NCBI GenBank assembly: GCA_945885485.1
Contig: CAMCYT010000001.1
Span: 1 to 47,218, forward strand
DNA length: 47,218 nt
Reading direction: 5' to 3'
Source of the DNA: Prosthecobacter debontii
GTDB taxonomy: Bacteria > Verrucomicrobiota > Verrucomicrobiia > Verrucomicrobiales > Akkermansiaceae
How positions within the stretch are numbered: the first letter of the stretch is position 1; every line of letters begins with the position of its first letter. Under the pieces are notes generated by a model. That model searched no databases and was not told the origin of the DNA. It worked only from the letters and a program-made list of their open reading frames with translations. Below are positions 28,272 to 39,204 of the stretch, one piece after another. The translations under genes and the position numbers were made by a program.

Positions 28272-28577
28272 ACTAGGCCGTGTCGGGTGGAATTGATGGG
28301 AAATGAGCCAAACGTCCCGCCGCGTGATCCACCAGTGCGTTTCCGAAAATCCATCCCGACCTCTTGGCTGCTTATCGAGTTGGTTGAAGGCAAAAACCGC
28401 CAAGTCAGGCGCATGACCGCAGCGGTCGGGTTCCCAACCCTGCGCTTGATCCGCTGCAAAATCGGGGGATTGGATGAATTCACTTTAGCGCCCGGCGAAT
28501 GGCGAGAACTTAGCTCTGAGGAGCGGAAGAGCTTGATGGGCAAAGATCCAGGCCGGGATCACAAAACCGCACGATAA
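28272..28577 (+). pseudogene. 5'-truncated second copy of the RluE-like pseudouridine synthase (C-terminal half)
   Basis: [32 protein letters not shown]...GKDP aligns with 24914-25190; in-frame stop at 28254; lacks the GRLD catalytic motif. Confidence 0.85.
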
Positions 28578-28608
28578 TCTATTTATTACTCTCATTCTAA
28601 ACCTTCTG

Positions 28609-28670
28609 GCATCCCTGCCGGGATGCGAATATTTTTGAAACGTATCAACCCGAGGTCTCCGACCATCGGG
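28609..28670. repeat. REP-like double hairpin between convergent genes
   Basis: GCATCCC-TGCC-GGGATGC (28609-28626) and CCCGA-GGTC-TCC-GACC-A-TCGGG (28649-28670). Confidence 0.55.
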
Positions 28671-28707
28671 CTAATATCTGCGATCTCGCTGAGGTGAGAA
28701 GAGAACA

Positions 28708-29388
28708 TCATCTCGGCAACGCGACCCTCGGCATTTTCACGAAGAAGCTGCCTAGTAATATACCTCCGATTAAGCCACCGAGGTGGGCGCCGTGGGCGAT
28801 GTTCGAGACTCCACTGGTGAAGCCCATGATATCGAACACCAAACCAATGATTGCGACCATTGCCAGTTTGCCCGGCGCGATGGGTCTTGCCATTGGCCAG
28901 ACATGAGGATCGGGCAAGCGCCAGCGGACGGCCATGGCGAGGTATAAGCCTTCAAATCCCATCACCGCCCCTGATGCGCCGAGGCAGGCATTATCTGGAT
29001 TCAGCAAGATGTGGCATAGGCTGCCTGTGATGGCAGTGAAAACGAAAACGAAAAGCATGCAACGTTGTCCAAGCAACTCTGCCGCGAGCGCACCGAAGAT
29101 CCACAAGAAGATCATATTTCCAATGATGTGATTTATATCCGCATGGAGCATCGCTGGAGTGAACAGTGTTAGAAACTCAGCCCATTGTACGTGTTGAAAA
29201 TCGCCTGCGCGTAGGTTGTTCCATGCGTTGATGAGTTCTACGGGAACGAGCACGAAATCGTTGTAAAAGCCCTCGCCGAGAACCTTCTGAAGTAAGAACA
29301 CCAGAAACATCACAATGATGATCGATAGCAGAACGCCCTGAGCTTTCAGGAAAGGGCCGAAACGCATCAACATCCAGCGACGAGCCAT
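28708..29388 (-). CDS. Rhomboid-family intramembrane serine protease
   Basis: HADINHIIGNM, GASG, AHGAHLGG. Confidence 0.9.
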   Translation of the reverse strand: MARRWMLMRFGPFLKAQGVLLSIIIVMFLVFLLQKVLGEGFYNDFVLVPVELINAWNNLRAGDFQHVQWAEFLTLFTPAMLHADINHIIGNMIFLWIFGALAAELLGQRCMLFVFVFTAITGSLCHILLNPDNACLGASGAVMGFEGLYLAMAVRWRLPDPHVWPMARPIAPGKLAMVAIIGLVFDIMGFTSGVSNIAHGAHLGGLIGGILLGSFFVKMPRVALPR

Positions 29389-29392
29389 GCAA

Positions 29393-31363
29393 TTAGGCGT
29401 AACTGCGGACTGAGAGTTTCACCGTTTCGTATTTTAGCTCCTCTTTGTGGAGCGTAGGAGCCTGGCCGGGGCCGTGGTATTCCCATGCGGAAACGTATGC
29501 GAACTCGCTGTCATGACGTTTGGCTTCGCCCGGTTGGGTTTTACCTTCTAACACTTCCGGATCTTTCTCGGTGAACTGATGCTCGCCACGGAAATGTCCG
29601 CCACAGGATTCCTCGCGTTGGAGAGCGTCGTGGCACATCAGCTCGCCGAACTCCAAGAAGTCTGCGACGCGGCCGGCTTTTTCGAGCTCCATGTTTGCGC
29701 CCTCGCCGGTGCCGGGGATAAGAACGTTGTTCCAGAACTCCTCGCGGATTCTTGAGATTTCCTGAAGTGCCCATTTGAGACCTTCTGCGGTGCGTTCCAT
29801 GCCGCACTTGTCCCACATGACTTTTCCGAGATCGCGATGAAAGGAATCGACTGTGCGTTTGCCTTTGATGGAAAGTAATTTAGCAATGCGCTCGCGGACT
29901 TCGCCCTCAACCTGCGCGAAGGCCGGATGAGCGGTGGTGATCGTGCCGGGTTTCTGCGTTGCGAGATAGTTGGCAATCGTGGTTGGGATCACAAAATAAC
30001 CATCGGCAAGACCTTGCATTAGCGCGGATGCACCGAGGCGGTTCGCACCGTGGTCGGAGAAGTTCGCTTCGCCCAACACGTGCAGGCCGGGGATGTTAGA
30101 CATCAAGTTGTAGTCCACCCAAAGTCCACCCATCGTGTAATGGACGGCGGGATAAATCATCATCGGGCGCTCGTAAGGATTCTCGCCGGCAATTTTTTCA
30201 TACATCTGGAAAAGGTTGCCGTAGTTGGCGCGGATTTTGTCCTCTCCGAGGCGCTTGATCGCATCGCGGAAATCGAGATATACGCCGAGACCGGTGGGAG
30301 CGACACCACGGCCGTCATCACAGGCTTCTTTGGCTGCACGGGATGAAATGTCGCGCGGTGCGAGGTTTCCGAACGATGGATACTTCCTCTCCAAGAAATA
30401 ATCGCGATCTTCCTCGGAGATATCGTTGGGATGCATTTCCTTGGAGCGGAGTTTGGCGGCTATTTCTCGGGATTTAGGAGCCCAGATGCGCCCGTCGTTG
30501 CGGAGCGATTCCGACATCAGGGTGAGCTTGGATTGGTAGTCACCAGAAACGGGAATGCAGGTCGGGTGAATCTGCGTATAGCACGGATTCGCCATGAGTG
30601 CGCCACGTCTGGCGGCGCGCCATGCGGCCATCACGTTGCAACCCATCGCGTTGGTGGAGAGGAAAAACACGTTGCCGTAACCACCGGTTGCGAGAATCAC
30701 TGCATCCGCGGCGTGGGTGGAAATTTCTCCGGTGTTCAGATCACGGACGACGATGCCTTTCGCGTGGCCATCGACTTGCACGAGATCTAACATCTCGGTG
30801 CGCGGATACATTTTCACGCCGCCTTTGCTGATTTCTTTTTCGAGTGCTTGGTAGCAACCAATCAAGAGTTGTTGTCCGGTTTGACCACGGGCGTAAAACG
30901 TGCGGGAAACCTGCGCGCCGCCGAAGGAGCGGTTGTCGAGCAAGCCGCCGTATTCACGAGCGAATGGCACACCTTGGGCAACGCATTGGTCGATGATGCT
31001 GTTAGAGACTTCGGCAAGGCGATAGACGTTTGCCTCGCGAGAGCGGAAGTCGCCGCCTTTGATCGTATCGTAAAAGAGGCGGTAAACTGAGTCGCCATCA
31101 TTGCGGTAGTTTTTCGCGGCGTTGATACCACCTTGAGCAGCGATCGAGTGCGCGCGGCGCGGGGAGTCTTGGTAGCAGAAGCATTTCACGTTGTAACCAA
31201 GCTCGGAAAGCGTTGCGGCTGCAGCACCGCCGGCGAGTCCGGAACCGACCACGATGATGTTGAATTTCCTTTTGTTTGCCGGATTGATCAGCTTCGAGTC
31301 CATTTTGTGTTTGGACCATTTCTGCTCAAGTGGGCCAGCCGGGATTTTGCTATCGAGTGACAT
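29393..31363 (-). CDS. sdhA: Succinate dehydrogenase/fumarate reductase flavoprotein subunit
   Basis: [52 protein letters not shown]. Confidence 0.95.
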   Translation of the reverse strand: MSLDSKIPAGPLEQKWSKHKMDSKLINPANKRKFNIIVVGSGLAGGAAAATLSELGYNVKCFCYQDSPRRAHSIAAQGGINAAKNYRNDGDSVYRLFYDTIKGGDFRSREANVYRLAEVSNSIIDQCVAQGVPFAREYGGLLDNRSFGGAQVSRTFYARGQTGQQLLIGCYQALEKEISKGGVKMYPRTEMLDLVQVDGHAKGIVVRDLNTGEISTHAADAVILATGGYGNVFFLSTNAMGCNVMAAWRAARRGALMANPCYTQIHPTCIPVSGDYQSKLTLMSESLRNDGRIWAPKSREIAAKLRSKEMHPNDISEEDRDYFLERKYPSFGNLAPRDISSRAAKEACDDGRGVAPTGLGVYLDFRDAIKRLGEDKIRANYGNLFQMYEKIAGENPYERPMMIYPAVHYTMGGLWVDYNLMSNIPGLHVLGEANFSDHGANRLGASALMQGLADGYFVIPTTIANYLATQKPGTITTAHPAFAQVEGEVRERIAKLLSIKGKRTVDSFHRDLGKVMWDKCGMERTAEGLKWALQEISRIREEFWNNVLIPGTGEGANMELEKAGRVADFLEFGELMCHDALQREESCGGHFRGEHQFTEKDPEVLEGKTQPGEAKRHDSEFAYVSAWEYHGPGQAPTLHKEELKYETVKLSVRSYA

Positions 31364-31381
31364 GATGATTTTAAAAAGGAG

Positions 31382-32107
31382 TTATTTGACGAACCCGAAG
31401 AAGATGGAGAGAGGCACGGAAATGAAGCCGGCCCAGATGACATAAGCGTATCCCAATGAAACTTTACGGATCAGGTCTTGGGATTTTTTAGAGCGCCAGC
31501 CGAGGGTTTGGAACATGGAGCCAACCCCGTGGCTGAGGTGCGAGCAGAGCAGGGTCATGGCGAGGATGTAGAACCCGACGACCAGCGCATTGAGCCCGGA
31601 GGATTGAAACCCAGCGATGACCATGCCGTAGGCGTCGTGGCGGGATTCGCCGGTGGCGGTGTGGTATGGTTCATCCATCATTTCTGAGAAGCCACCTGCG
31701 ATTTTCACCGTGAAATGCAGGATGTGGAAAATAATGAACGCGAGAATCGTCAAGCCGCTCCAGATCATTAGCAGTGAGGATTTTTTCGCCTGGATGACGG
31801 TCTTATATTGGTATTGCTCGCTGCGGGCGGCGCGGTTCTCTCGAGTCAGTTGGATCGTGGCGATCACGTGCAGCACGACAGTGACGAGTAAGCTAATTCG
31901 AGCCACCCAGATTAACGCGCCGTGTCCAGCCTCGTGGAGAAATTGGGCGTAATCGTTGAAAGCTTCACGACCCGCGAAAATCAAAAGGTTTCCAGTCAAA
32001 TGGCCTGCGAGGAAAAGCACCATCGCGGCCCCGGTGACGGCAACGATGAGTTTTTTTCCGATGGAAGATTGCCAATAGGCGGTGGCACTGCGAGTAAGGG
32101 CGTTCAT
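31382..32107 (-). CDS. sdhC: Succinate dehydrogenase cytochrome b subunit
   Basis: SSIGKKLIVAVTG, heme-ligand His (GHLTGN, LHVI, FHILHF, HLSHG), 5 TM; upstream of sdhA. Confidence 0.92.
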   Translation of the reverse strand: MNALTRSATAYWQSSIGKKLIVAVTGAAMVLFLAGHLTGNLLIFAGREAFNDYAQFLHEAGHGALIWVARISLLVTVVLHVIATIQLTRENRAARSEQYQYKTVIQAKKSSLLMIWSGLTILAFIIFHILHFTVKIAGGFSEMMDEPYHTATGESRHDAYGMVIAGFQSSGLNALVVGFYILAMTLLCSHLSHGVGSMFQTLGWRSKKSQDLIRKVSLGYAYVIWAGFISVPLSIFFGFVK

Positions 32108-32300
32108 TTTTTAGAGAGATGTGGCTCGTCCACGCGCAATCTGGTATCGAGTTACGAAAAACTCAAACTCTAATACCCAAATTTTGGCAAGAATCTGAAA
32201 GCCTCCCCAGAACCCGTTGCAGCGATAGCGCGGAACAAATATTACCACCCATTTACAGATCGCCACGGCAAGACCTTCCCGTCTAGCTTTGCGCTGAAAT

Positions 32301-34013
32301 ATGCTCCGCCTTATCCGTCATACCCTGCGCTTCCCTCTGATGAGTGGGTTTTCTCTGCTTTTGGCCATTGCCTGCACCTCGCTGGTGCTGGTGCTGCCGG
32401 GTGTCACGATGCGTTTCATCGATACGATCATTGGCCAAAACCGTCCGGATCTTATTTTATCCACTGCGCTCATCGGCGCCGGAGCCATTCTTGCACGCCA
32501 GGCGCTTTTCACTCTCCGGACCTATCTTAACAACGCCCTTGAACTGAAGCTGACCCACCTGATTCGTGTTGAACTCTATGACAAGCTCCAGCGCCTACCG
32601 GTCAAGTGGTTCGATAAAAACTCCTCCGGTGAGATTATGTCGCGCGTGGCGGACGACGTTCCGACGATGGATAGGGTCATTATCGAGGGGTTGGACCAAG
32701 CGCTCGCAGCAGTGCTCCAGTTCCTTATCGTGATCGGCTATCTGCTCTATCACTCGTGGGAACTGACTTTGGTTACGCTGATACCGCTACCATTCATCGG
32801 ATTTCTTACTGCGTGGTGGTCGAAAAAGGCAGAGCCGAAATGGCGCGCCTCTTCCGAGGCCTCTTCCGCACTCAACGCTATCCTCCACGACAATCTTGCC
32901 GGCATTCGCCAGATTAAGGCATACACGGTCGAGCCGCAGGCACTTTCCGACTTCGGTGAGGCTTCTCTCAAGGTCGGGGACAAGCACATGGATGTCATGA
33001 AAGGCCAAGCCATTGTCTGGCCCACCGTGTCCTTTATCGCGGAGGCGGGCATCATTCTCATGGTCGCGTTTGGCGCATGGTGGACGCTTAACGGTCAGCT
33101 ATCTCCCGGTGTGGTCATTGCGTTTCTTGTCGCATGGGGTTTTCTCTTCGACCCCATCTCCCGCATCAACCCGCTTTCACAGACATTTACTAGAGGCCTA
33201 GTATCTGCAAAACGTGTATTTGCCATCATAGATACCCCGGACGAAACGCATCTAACCGAAGGAAATCGCCCGGAAAACTTCTCCGGTAAAATCGAGTTCC
33301 GTGATGTCTCTTTTTCATACAACGACGACGCGCCCGCCCTGCAACACATTTCCTTAACCGCACTTCCCGGCCAGACACTGGCACTTGTCGGTTCGACTGG
33401 ATCCGGAAAATCTACCGTGCTCAATCTCCTTTCCCGTTTCTACGAGCCGATCTCTGGTAAAATTCTGTTAGACGGTGAGCCAATCTCGGAAATCTCTAAG
33501 GAATGGCTACGCGACAACACTGGCTTCGTCACTCAAGAGACATTTCTTTTCAACACCACCATCCGTGAGAATCTCACTCTTGCGAAGCACCAGGCCAGCG
33601 ACGAAGAGTTGTGGTCCGTGCTTGAAGCCGCCAATGCCGCAGACTTTATTCGCGCCCTTCCAGAAGGTCTTGATGCGAAAGCCGGTGAGCGCGGCATCCG
33701 CTTCTCTGGTGGCGAAAAGCAGCGCCTCTCCATCGCGCGCGCCCTCTTGAAAAACCCCCCGCTTCTTTTGTTAGATGAAGCCACTTCCGCCCTCGACAAC
33801 CATACCGAGAAACTCGTCCAACAAGCCCTTGACCGTCTCCGCTCCAACCGTACCTCCTTTGTCATCGCCCACCGTCTCAGCACCATCCGCAATGCCGATC
33901 TTATCTGCGTTCTCCATAAAGGCGAACTCGTCGAAAGCGGCAGACATGAAAAATTGTTAGAAAATAACGGACACTATGCACATCTCCAGCGCGGGAAAGA
34001 TGCCACTATCTGA
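32301..34013 (+). CDS. ABC exporter, fused permease/ATPase (MsbA-like)
   Basis: TM domain + GSTGSGKS, FSGGEKQR, LLLDEATS, IAHRLST. Confidence 0.92.
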   Translation: MLRLIRHTLRFPLMSGFSLLLAIACTSLVLVLPGVTMRFIDTIIGQNRPDLILSTALIGAGAILARQALFTLRTYLNNALELKLTHLIRVELYDKLQRLPVKWFDKNSSGEIMSRVADDVPTMDRVIIEGLDQALAAVLQFLIVIGYLLYHSWELTLVTLIPLPFIGFLTAWWSKKAEPKWRASSEASSALNAILHDNLAGIRQIKAYTVEPQALSDFGEASLKVGDKHMDVMKGQAIVWPTVSFIAEAGIILMVAFGAWWTLNGQLSPGVVIAFLVAWGFLFDPISRINPLSQTFTRGLVSAKRVFAIIDTPDETHLTEGNRPENFSGKIEFRDVSFSYNDDAPALQHISLTALPGQTLALVGSTGSGKSTVLNLLSRFYEPISGKILLDGEPISEISKEWLRDNTGFVTQETFLFNTTIRENLTLAKHQASDEELWSVLEAANAADFIRALPEGLDAKAGERGIRFSGGEKQRLSIARALLKNPPLLLLDEATSALDNHTEKLVQQALDRLRSNRTSFVIAHRLSTIRNADLICVLHKGELVESGRHEKLLENNGHYAHLQRGKDATI

Positions 34014-34030
34014 TTTCAGGCAGAACAATC

Positions 34031-34732
34031 TCAATCCTCATCCATGAGTTCGCGTTCGGCTTTGCTTTTGTGGCGGATGTCTCTGGCGTGTTCGAGGAAA
34101 ACGGCGTCTTCGCCGATGTTGCAGGAGAGGTCGCCGACACGTTCGAGTGAGCGAACGATGATAATAAGGTGAAGATATTCCTGACTACGGCCGACGGTGT
34201 CTTCGATGCGAGCGCTGAATTGGGCGGTCACTTCTTTATGCATTTTATCGAGCTCTTTGTCGCGAACGTAGAGGGAGGCGCCGAGTGGGCCGTTGCCATC
34301 GCTGTAAGAGGAAATCGCATCGCGCAGCAAGTGATCGGCAAGTGAGTAGATAGGCTCGACCAAGGTGACATCGCTAAGCTCATGGGTTGTGGTGATTTTT
34401 TTCGCACGTTTGGCGATGCTGACCGAGTGATCCGCGATGCGCTCAAGGTTCATGGAAATTTTCATGGATGCAACGACGAGGCGGAGATCGGAGGCAAGAG
34501 GGTGATATTTGACGAGGATTTCCATCCCGAGCTTGTCGATGGAGCGCTCGAGTTCGTCGATTTCATCGTCGTCTGCGATGACGGAGTTCGCGAGTTCGGA
34601 GTTGCGTTCGAGCAAGGCTTGGATCGCTCGCTCTAAGTTGTGTCGGGTTTTTGCTGCCATTCTTAACACCTCGCCTTTCAAGGTTGAAATGGCGTGATCA
34701 AAATCGCGGAGAATGTGAGGGGAGTTACTCAT
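34031..34732 (-). CDS. phoU: Phosphate signalling protein PhoU
   Basis: DDEIDELE, P.ASDLR, LERIADH, LERVGD...NIGED; start ATG 34732. Confidence 0.9.
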   Translation of the reverse strand: MSNSPHILRDFDHAISTLKGEVLRMAAKTRHNLERAIQALLERNSELANSVIADDDEIDELERSIDKLGMEILVKYHPLASDLRLVVASMKISMNLERIADHSVSIAKRAKKITTTHELSDVTLVEPIYSLADHLLRDAISSYSDGNGPLGASLYVRDKELDKMHKEVTAQFSARIEDTVGRSQEYLHLIIIVRSLERVGDLSCNIGEDAVFLEHARDIRHKSKAERELMDED

Positions 34733-34820
34733 GATGGCACTCGACAATGAACTCAAGGCTAGAGGAACAGTCGAGGCTAAATATACCGACAGGCATGGCT
34801 ATCGGCGGGGAGTTGTAGGA

Positions 34821-35777
34821 TCATTCGACGACGTCTTCCCACCATGGAGTGAAATCAGGGTCGGTGGTGAAATCGGAAATGGCCTCGAGTTCTTCCAAAT
34901 GTTCCGGCGATGGGTCGGAGCCGTTATCGTTGGCTTGTAGTGCATAGGTGGAAACCATGACGAAGGGCAGGAAAGCCGCCAACCAGGTCGGGGCGTGTTT
35001 GTGAGCGTATAGCAAAGCTTCGTCTGGGCCGCCCATCGAATACAGCTCAGGTTGTTCCATTTCCATGATGCCCGGCATGGTCATGATCAAGCCGACGTAG
35101 GGGTTTGCCTTTATGGCGCTCTTCATGGCCTTATCCACGACAGGGAAATTTTTTCCAAAAAACTTTTTGAATCCCGCAGTGTCCGATGGTTGTTGACGCT
35201 CGATTTCATCCATCCATGCATCTTCGAAATCCTCCATCGCGACCATGATTTCCAAGAGGGCGGTGCCGTAGGCGAGACTTGTATCCGTTTCGACGATGTT
35301 ATCTAAACGTTTGAGCATGGCTCTGGCGTCGGCGGTTTGATTCAGCACGATGTAATCGTGAAGTAGGTCGCCGCGAACGCCTTGGTTGTCGCCGGGGTTG
35401 AGGCGGAGCATTTCCTCATAGATTTCGACGGCTTGTTCGAGCTCATCCGTTGCATCGTAAAAAATAGCGAGGTCGTGGAGGAGGCACATGAAATCGCGGG
35501 CTTCGATGTGTCCCCAAATTCCATCTTCAGGATCGACCGAAGCGATGAGTTCGGCATGCAATTCCCGACCATGATCGGCGCCTTTTTTGAGAAGAGTGAT
35601 GGCATCTTCATCCGTATCCGCGAGTTCGGAAAGGATCTGCCAAGCGCCCAAGCAATAAGGGCTGATCGCGAGTGCCTGTTCAGCGGCATTTTTCAAAACC
35701 TTATCACTCGCATCATCGTGCAGAGCGGAGAGGATTTCCTCGGCACGAGCCATATCACTGGAAATTTTGGGATTCAT
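34821..35777 (-). CDS. TPR-like acidic hypothetical protein
   Basis: Helical repeats, AVEIYEEMLRLNPGDNQGVR; ATG overlaps the carB stop (TGATG). Confidence 0.65.
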   Translation of the reverse strand: MNPKISSDMARAEEILSALHDDASDKVLKNAAEQALAISPYCLGAWQILSELADTDEDAITLLKKGADHGRELHAELIASVDPEDGIWGHIEARDFMCLLHDLAIFYDATDELEQAVEIYEEMLRLNPGDNQGVRGDLLHDYIVLNQTADARAMLKRLDNIVETDTSLAYGTALLEIMVAMEDFEDAWMDEIERQQPSDTAGFKKFFGKNFPVVDKAMKSAIKANPYVGLIMTMPGIMEMEQPELYSMGGPDEALLYAHKHAPTWLAAFLPFVMVSTYALQANDNGSDPSPEHLEELEAISDFTTDPDFTPWWEDVVE

Positions 35778-38700
35778 CAAGCGTGGTATTCTTGGATGCT
35801 CTTCACGGTGAGATCGGATTCCTTGAGTGAACGTATGGCTTTTACTGAGGCTTCGGCGGCGGCCATGTTAGTGGCGTAGGAAATTTTCTGAGCGATCGCG
35901 GTGGAGCGGATCAGAATTTCATCGGCGCGGGACTCGTGAGTGGCGGGTGTGTTGATGAGGAAATGGATCTCGCCGTTCTTCATCATGTCGATGACGTTCG
36001 GGCGAGCTTGCTCGAGAACTTTGTAAACCCGGTCGGCGGGGATTCCAGCTTCGGCGAGTTTCGCGAGAGTCCCGCCGGTGGATACGATTTTGAAACCGAG
36101 TTCATGCAGGCCGCGGGCGACGACGATGGCGCGTTCTTTATCGCGATCTGCGACGGAGAAGAAAACGGTGCCTTCTTTCGGGAGTGGGTTGAAGGCGGCG
36201 ATCTGGGATTTGGCGTAGGCCATGCCCCAATCTTTATCGATGCCCATCACCTCACCAGTGGATTTCATCTCCGGGCCGAGCACGATGTCGATGCCTGGGA
36301 AGCGGTTCCATGGGAACACGGCTTCTTTCACGGAGATATGGCTGGGGATGATAGTTTTCGTATAACCCATATCGACAAGTTTTTCTCCGACCATGATTTT
36401 GGCGGCGAGCTTGGCTAGGGAGACACCGGTGGCTTTCGAGACAAAAGGTACAGTCCGAGAAGCGCGAGGATTGACCTCGATGACGTAGAGTTCTTCGTCT
36501 TTCACAGCGAACTGGATGTTCATTAAGCCACGAACTTCGAGTTCGCGAGCGAGGTCTTTAGCGGCTTTTTCGATTTGAGCTTTGATGTTGTCCGAGATTG
36601 AGAAGGCGGGAATGACGCAAGCGGAGTCGCCAGAATGAATACCGGCTTGCTCGATGTGCTGCATGATCGCGCCGACGACGGAGGTTTCACCATCGCTGAT
36701 GCAATCGACATCAATTTCGGTGGCGTTATCGAGGAAACGATCGACAAGCACAGGGCGCTCAGGAGAGGCGGTGACCGCCTCGCGCATGTAGGTGGAGAGT
36801 TCGGAGTCCCGGTAGACGATCATCATCGCGCGGCCGCCAAGAACGAAGGATGGTCTAACAAGAACTGGGTAGCCGATGCGGTTGGCGACGACTATGGCTT
36901 CTGCCTCGTTGGTGGCGGTTCCGGCTTCGGCTTGTTTGAGATGAAGTTTATCTAACAGCGCGGAGAAAAACTTGCGGTCTTCGGCCTGCTCGATGGATTT
37001 AGGTGAGGTGCCGATGATGGGAACGCCGTGGCGTTCGAGATCCGCAGCGAGGTTGAGTGGAGTTTGACCGCCGAACTGGACGATCACGCCGTAGGGTTTT
37101 TCTTGATCGCAGATATTGAGAACGTCTTCAAGTGTAAGGGGCTCGAAGAAAAGTTTGTCTGAAGTGTCGTAGTCGGTGGAGACTGTCTCAGGGTTGGAGT
37201 TCACCATGATCGTCTCGTAGCCGAGCTCTTTGAGCGCGAAGGCGGCGTGGACGCAGCAGTAATCGAACTCGATACCCTGGCCAATTCTGTTAGGTCCGCC
37301 ACCGAGGATGATGATTTTCTTTTTGTTGGACTGGCGCGCTTCGTTTTCATCGCCGTAGGTGGAGTAGAAATACGGAGTGTAAGCTTCGAACTCCGCGGCG
37401 CAGGTATCGACGAGGCGATAGGTTGGGATGACGCCGTGTTTTTTGCGGAGTGCGCGGACTTCGTCTTCGGTGGAATTCCATGCTTTGGCAAGCTGGCGGT
37501 CGGAAAATCCGAGTTTTTTGAGACGGCGCAATTCGCCCGAAGATGCGGGCGGGGCGCCCGCGCTCCCATTGAGTGAGCTCCCTTCTTCAGCGATCTGTTG
37601 GAGATGGCGTAGGAACCATGGATCGATCGCAGTAGCGGCGTGGACATCGTCGAGCGTCCAGCCATTCACGAAAGCGGTTTGCAGCCAGAAAATGCGTTCG
37701 GCGTTGGGAATTTGGAGTTTGCGGGTGATCTCGTCTTTGGTCGGCGCTTTCGGGTCTTTGTTGTCGAAGCCGAAGCCCCATCGTCCCGTTTCGAGGGAGC
37801 GCAAGCATTTCTGCATGGACTCTTTGAACGTGCGGCCGATGGACATCGCTTCGCCGACCGACTTCATCGAAGTGGTAAGTACGGGATTTGCTGTAGGAAA
37901 CTTTTCGAAGGTGAAACGCGGGATCTTGGTGACCACGTAGTCGATGGTTGGCTCGAAGGATGCGGGGGTGACGCGGGTGATGTCATTGGGGAGTTCGTCA
38001 AGCGTGTAGCCGACGGCGAGTTTCGCAGCAATTTTTGCAATCGGGAATCCGGTTGCTTTGGAGGCTAGAGCGGATGAGCGGGAAACGCGTGGGTTCATCT
38101 CGATGACGATCATGCGGCCGGTTTTAGGATCGGTGGCGAACTGGATATTAGAACCACCGGTTTCGACGCCGATCTCGCGGATCACGGCGAACGATGCGTC
38201 GCGCATGATTTGGTATTCGCGATCTGTTAGGGTTTGGATCGGCGCGACGGTGATGGAATCTCCGGTGTGCACGCCCATGGGGTCGAGGTTTTCGATGGAA
38301 CAGATGACCACGCAGTTGTCGGCGCGGTCGCGCATGACTTCCATTTCGAATTCTTTCCAACCGAGTAAAGATTCATCGATGAGAACTTCTGAAACCGGCG
38401 AGAGATCGAGGCCGCGGTGGACGATTTCCTCGAATTCTTCTTTGTTGTAAGCGATGCCGCCGCCTTGGCCGCCTAGGGTGAAGGCGGGGCGGACGATGAG
38501 TGGGAGAGTGCCGATATCGTCTGCGACTTTTTTCGCTTCTTCCATCGTGCGGGCGATTCCGGAGCGAGGCATATCGAGGCCGATTTTTTCCATCGCTTCT
38601 TTGAAAAGGTGGCGGTCTTCGCCTTTGTCGATCGCTTCGGCATTTGCGCCTATCATACGGACGCCGTGTTTATCGAGGACGCCGGATTTGAAAAGTGACA

Positions 38701-38998
38701 TCGAGGTGTTGAGCGCGGTCTGGCCACCGAGGGTAGGGAGAAGCGCATCGGGTTTCTCGCGGATGATGATTTTTTCAACCACTTCGGGAGTGATGGGCTC
38801 GATGTAAGTGCGGTGTGCGAACTCCGGATCGGTCATGATCGTGGCGGGGTTCGAGTTCACCAAAATAACCTCATATCCTTCCTCTTTGAGCGCTTTGCAG
38901 GCTTGGACTCCGGAGTAATCGAATTCGCAGCCTTGGCCGATAACGATGGGGCCGGAGCCGATGACGAGAATTTTGCGGATTGAGGTGTCTTTAGGCAT
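35777..38998 (-). CDS. carB: Carbamoyl-phosphate synthase large subunit
   Basis: [62 protein letters not shown]-terminal MGS domain. Confidence 0.97.
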   Translation of the reverse strand: MPKDTSIRKILVIGSGPIVIGQGCEFDYSGVQACKALKEEGYEVILVNSNPATIMTDPEFAHRTYIEPITPEVVEKIIIREKPDALLPTLGGQTALNTSMSLFKSGVLDKHGVRMIGANAEAIDKGEDRHLFKEAMEKIGLDMPRSGIARTMEEAKKVADDIGTLPLIVRPAFTLGGQGGGIAYNKEEFEEIVHRGLDLSPVSEVLIDESLLGWKEFEMEVMRDRADNCVVICSIENLDPMGVHTGDSITVAPIQTLTDREYQIMRDASFAVIREIGVETGGSNIQFATDPKTGRMIVIEMNPRVSRSSALASKATGFPIAKIAAKLAVGYTLDELPNDITRVTPASFEPTIDYVVTKIPRFTFEKFPTANPVLTTSMKSVGEAMSIGRTFKESMQKCLRSLETGRWGFGFDNKDPKAPTKDEITRKLQIPNAERIFWLQTAFVNGWTLDDVHAATAIDPWFLRHLQQIAEEGSSLNGSAGAPPASSGELRRLKKLGFSDRQLAKAWNSTEDEVRALRKKHGVIPTYRLVDTCAAEFEAYTPYFYSTYGDENEARQSNKKKIIILGGGPNRIGQGIEFDYCCVHAAFALKELGYETIMVNSNPETVSTDYDTSDKLFFEPLTLEDVLNICDQEKPYGVIVQFGGQTPLNLAADLERHGVPIIGTSPKSIEQAEDRKFFSALLDKLHLKQAEAGTATNEAEAIVVANRIGYPVLVRPSFVLGGRAMMIVYRDSELSTYMREAVTASPERPVLVDRFLDNATEIDVDCISDGETSVVGAIMQHIEQAGIHSGDSACVIPAFSISDNIKAQIEKAAKDLARELEVRGLMNIQFAVKDEELYVIEVNPRASRTVPFVSKATGVSLAKLAAKIMVGEKLVDMGYTKTIIPSHISVKEAVFPWNRFPGIDIVLGPEMKSTGEVMGIDKDWGMAYAKSQIAAFNPLPKEGTVFFSVADRDKERAIVVARGLHELGFKIVSTGGTLAKLAEAGIPADRVYKVLEQARPNVIDMMKNGEIHFLINTPATHESRADEILIRSTAIAQKISYATNMAAAEASVKAIRSLKESDLTVKSIQEYHA
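37545..37567 (-). repeat. REP-like hairpin inside carB coding sequence
   Basis: Minus strand GGGAGC-GCGGGCG-CCC-CGCCCGC, read in frame as GSAGAPPA. Confidence 0.55.
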
Positions 38999-39016
38999 GT
39001 TGCGCGTGCGAGGTGG

Positions 39017-39202
39017 TTAAACTTTCAGGGGTGTGACAGGGGATCGCCAAATTGTAAAGGCGAGTTGCGCAACATTTCCACAAAATGGGAAAAATTTCGT
39101 TTTTACCGCCGTTCGGCAAGTTTCCAAGAGTCTGGTCTTTGTTGCAGCAACTTCCTCAGAGATTTCTTCAAGGCATTCTTTGAGTTCGTTGAAGTCATGC
39201 AT
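39017..39202 (-). CDS. Possible small hypothetical protein
   Basis: ATG 2 nt after the acs stop, fills the acs-carB gap; no recognisable motif. Confidence 0.25.
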   Translation of the reverse strand: MHDFNELKECLEEISEEVAATKTRLLETCRTAVKTKFFPFCGNVAQLAFTIWRSPVTPLKV

Positions 39203-39204
39203 GA

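Noticed and set aside
24914-28548. TR/VR pair of a DGR
   Set aside because: Differences are mostly synonymous third positions involving all bases, not adenine-specific
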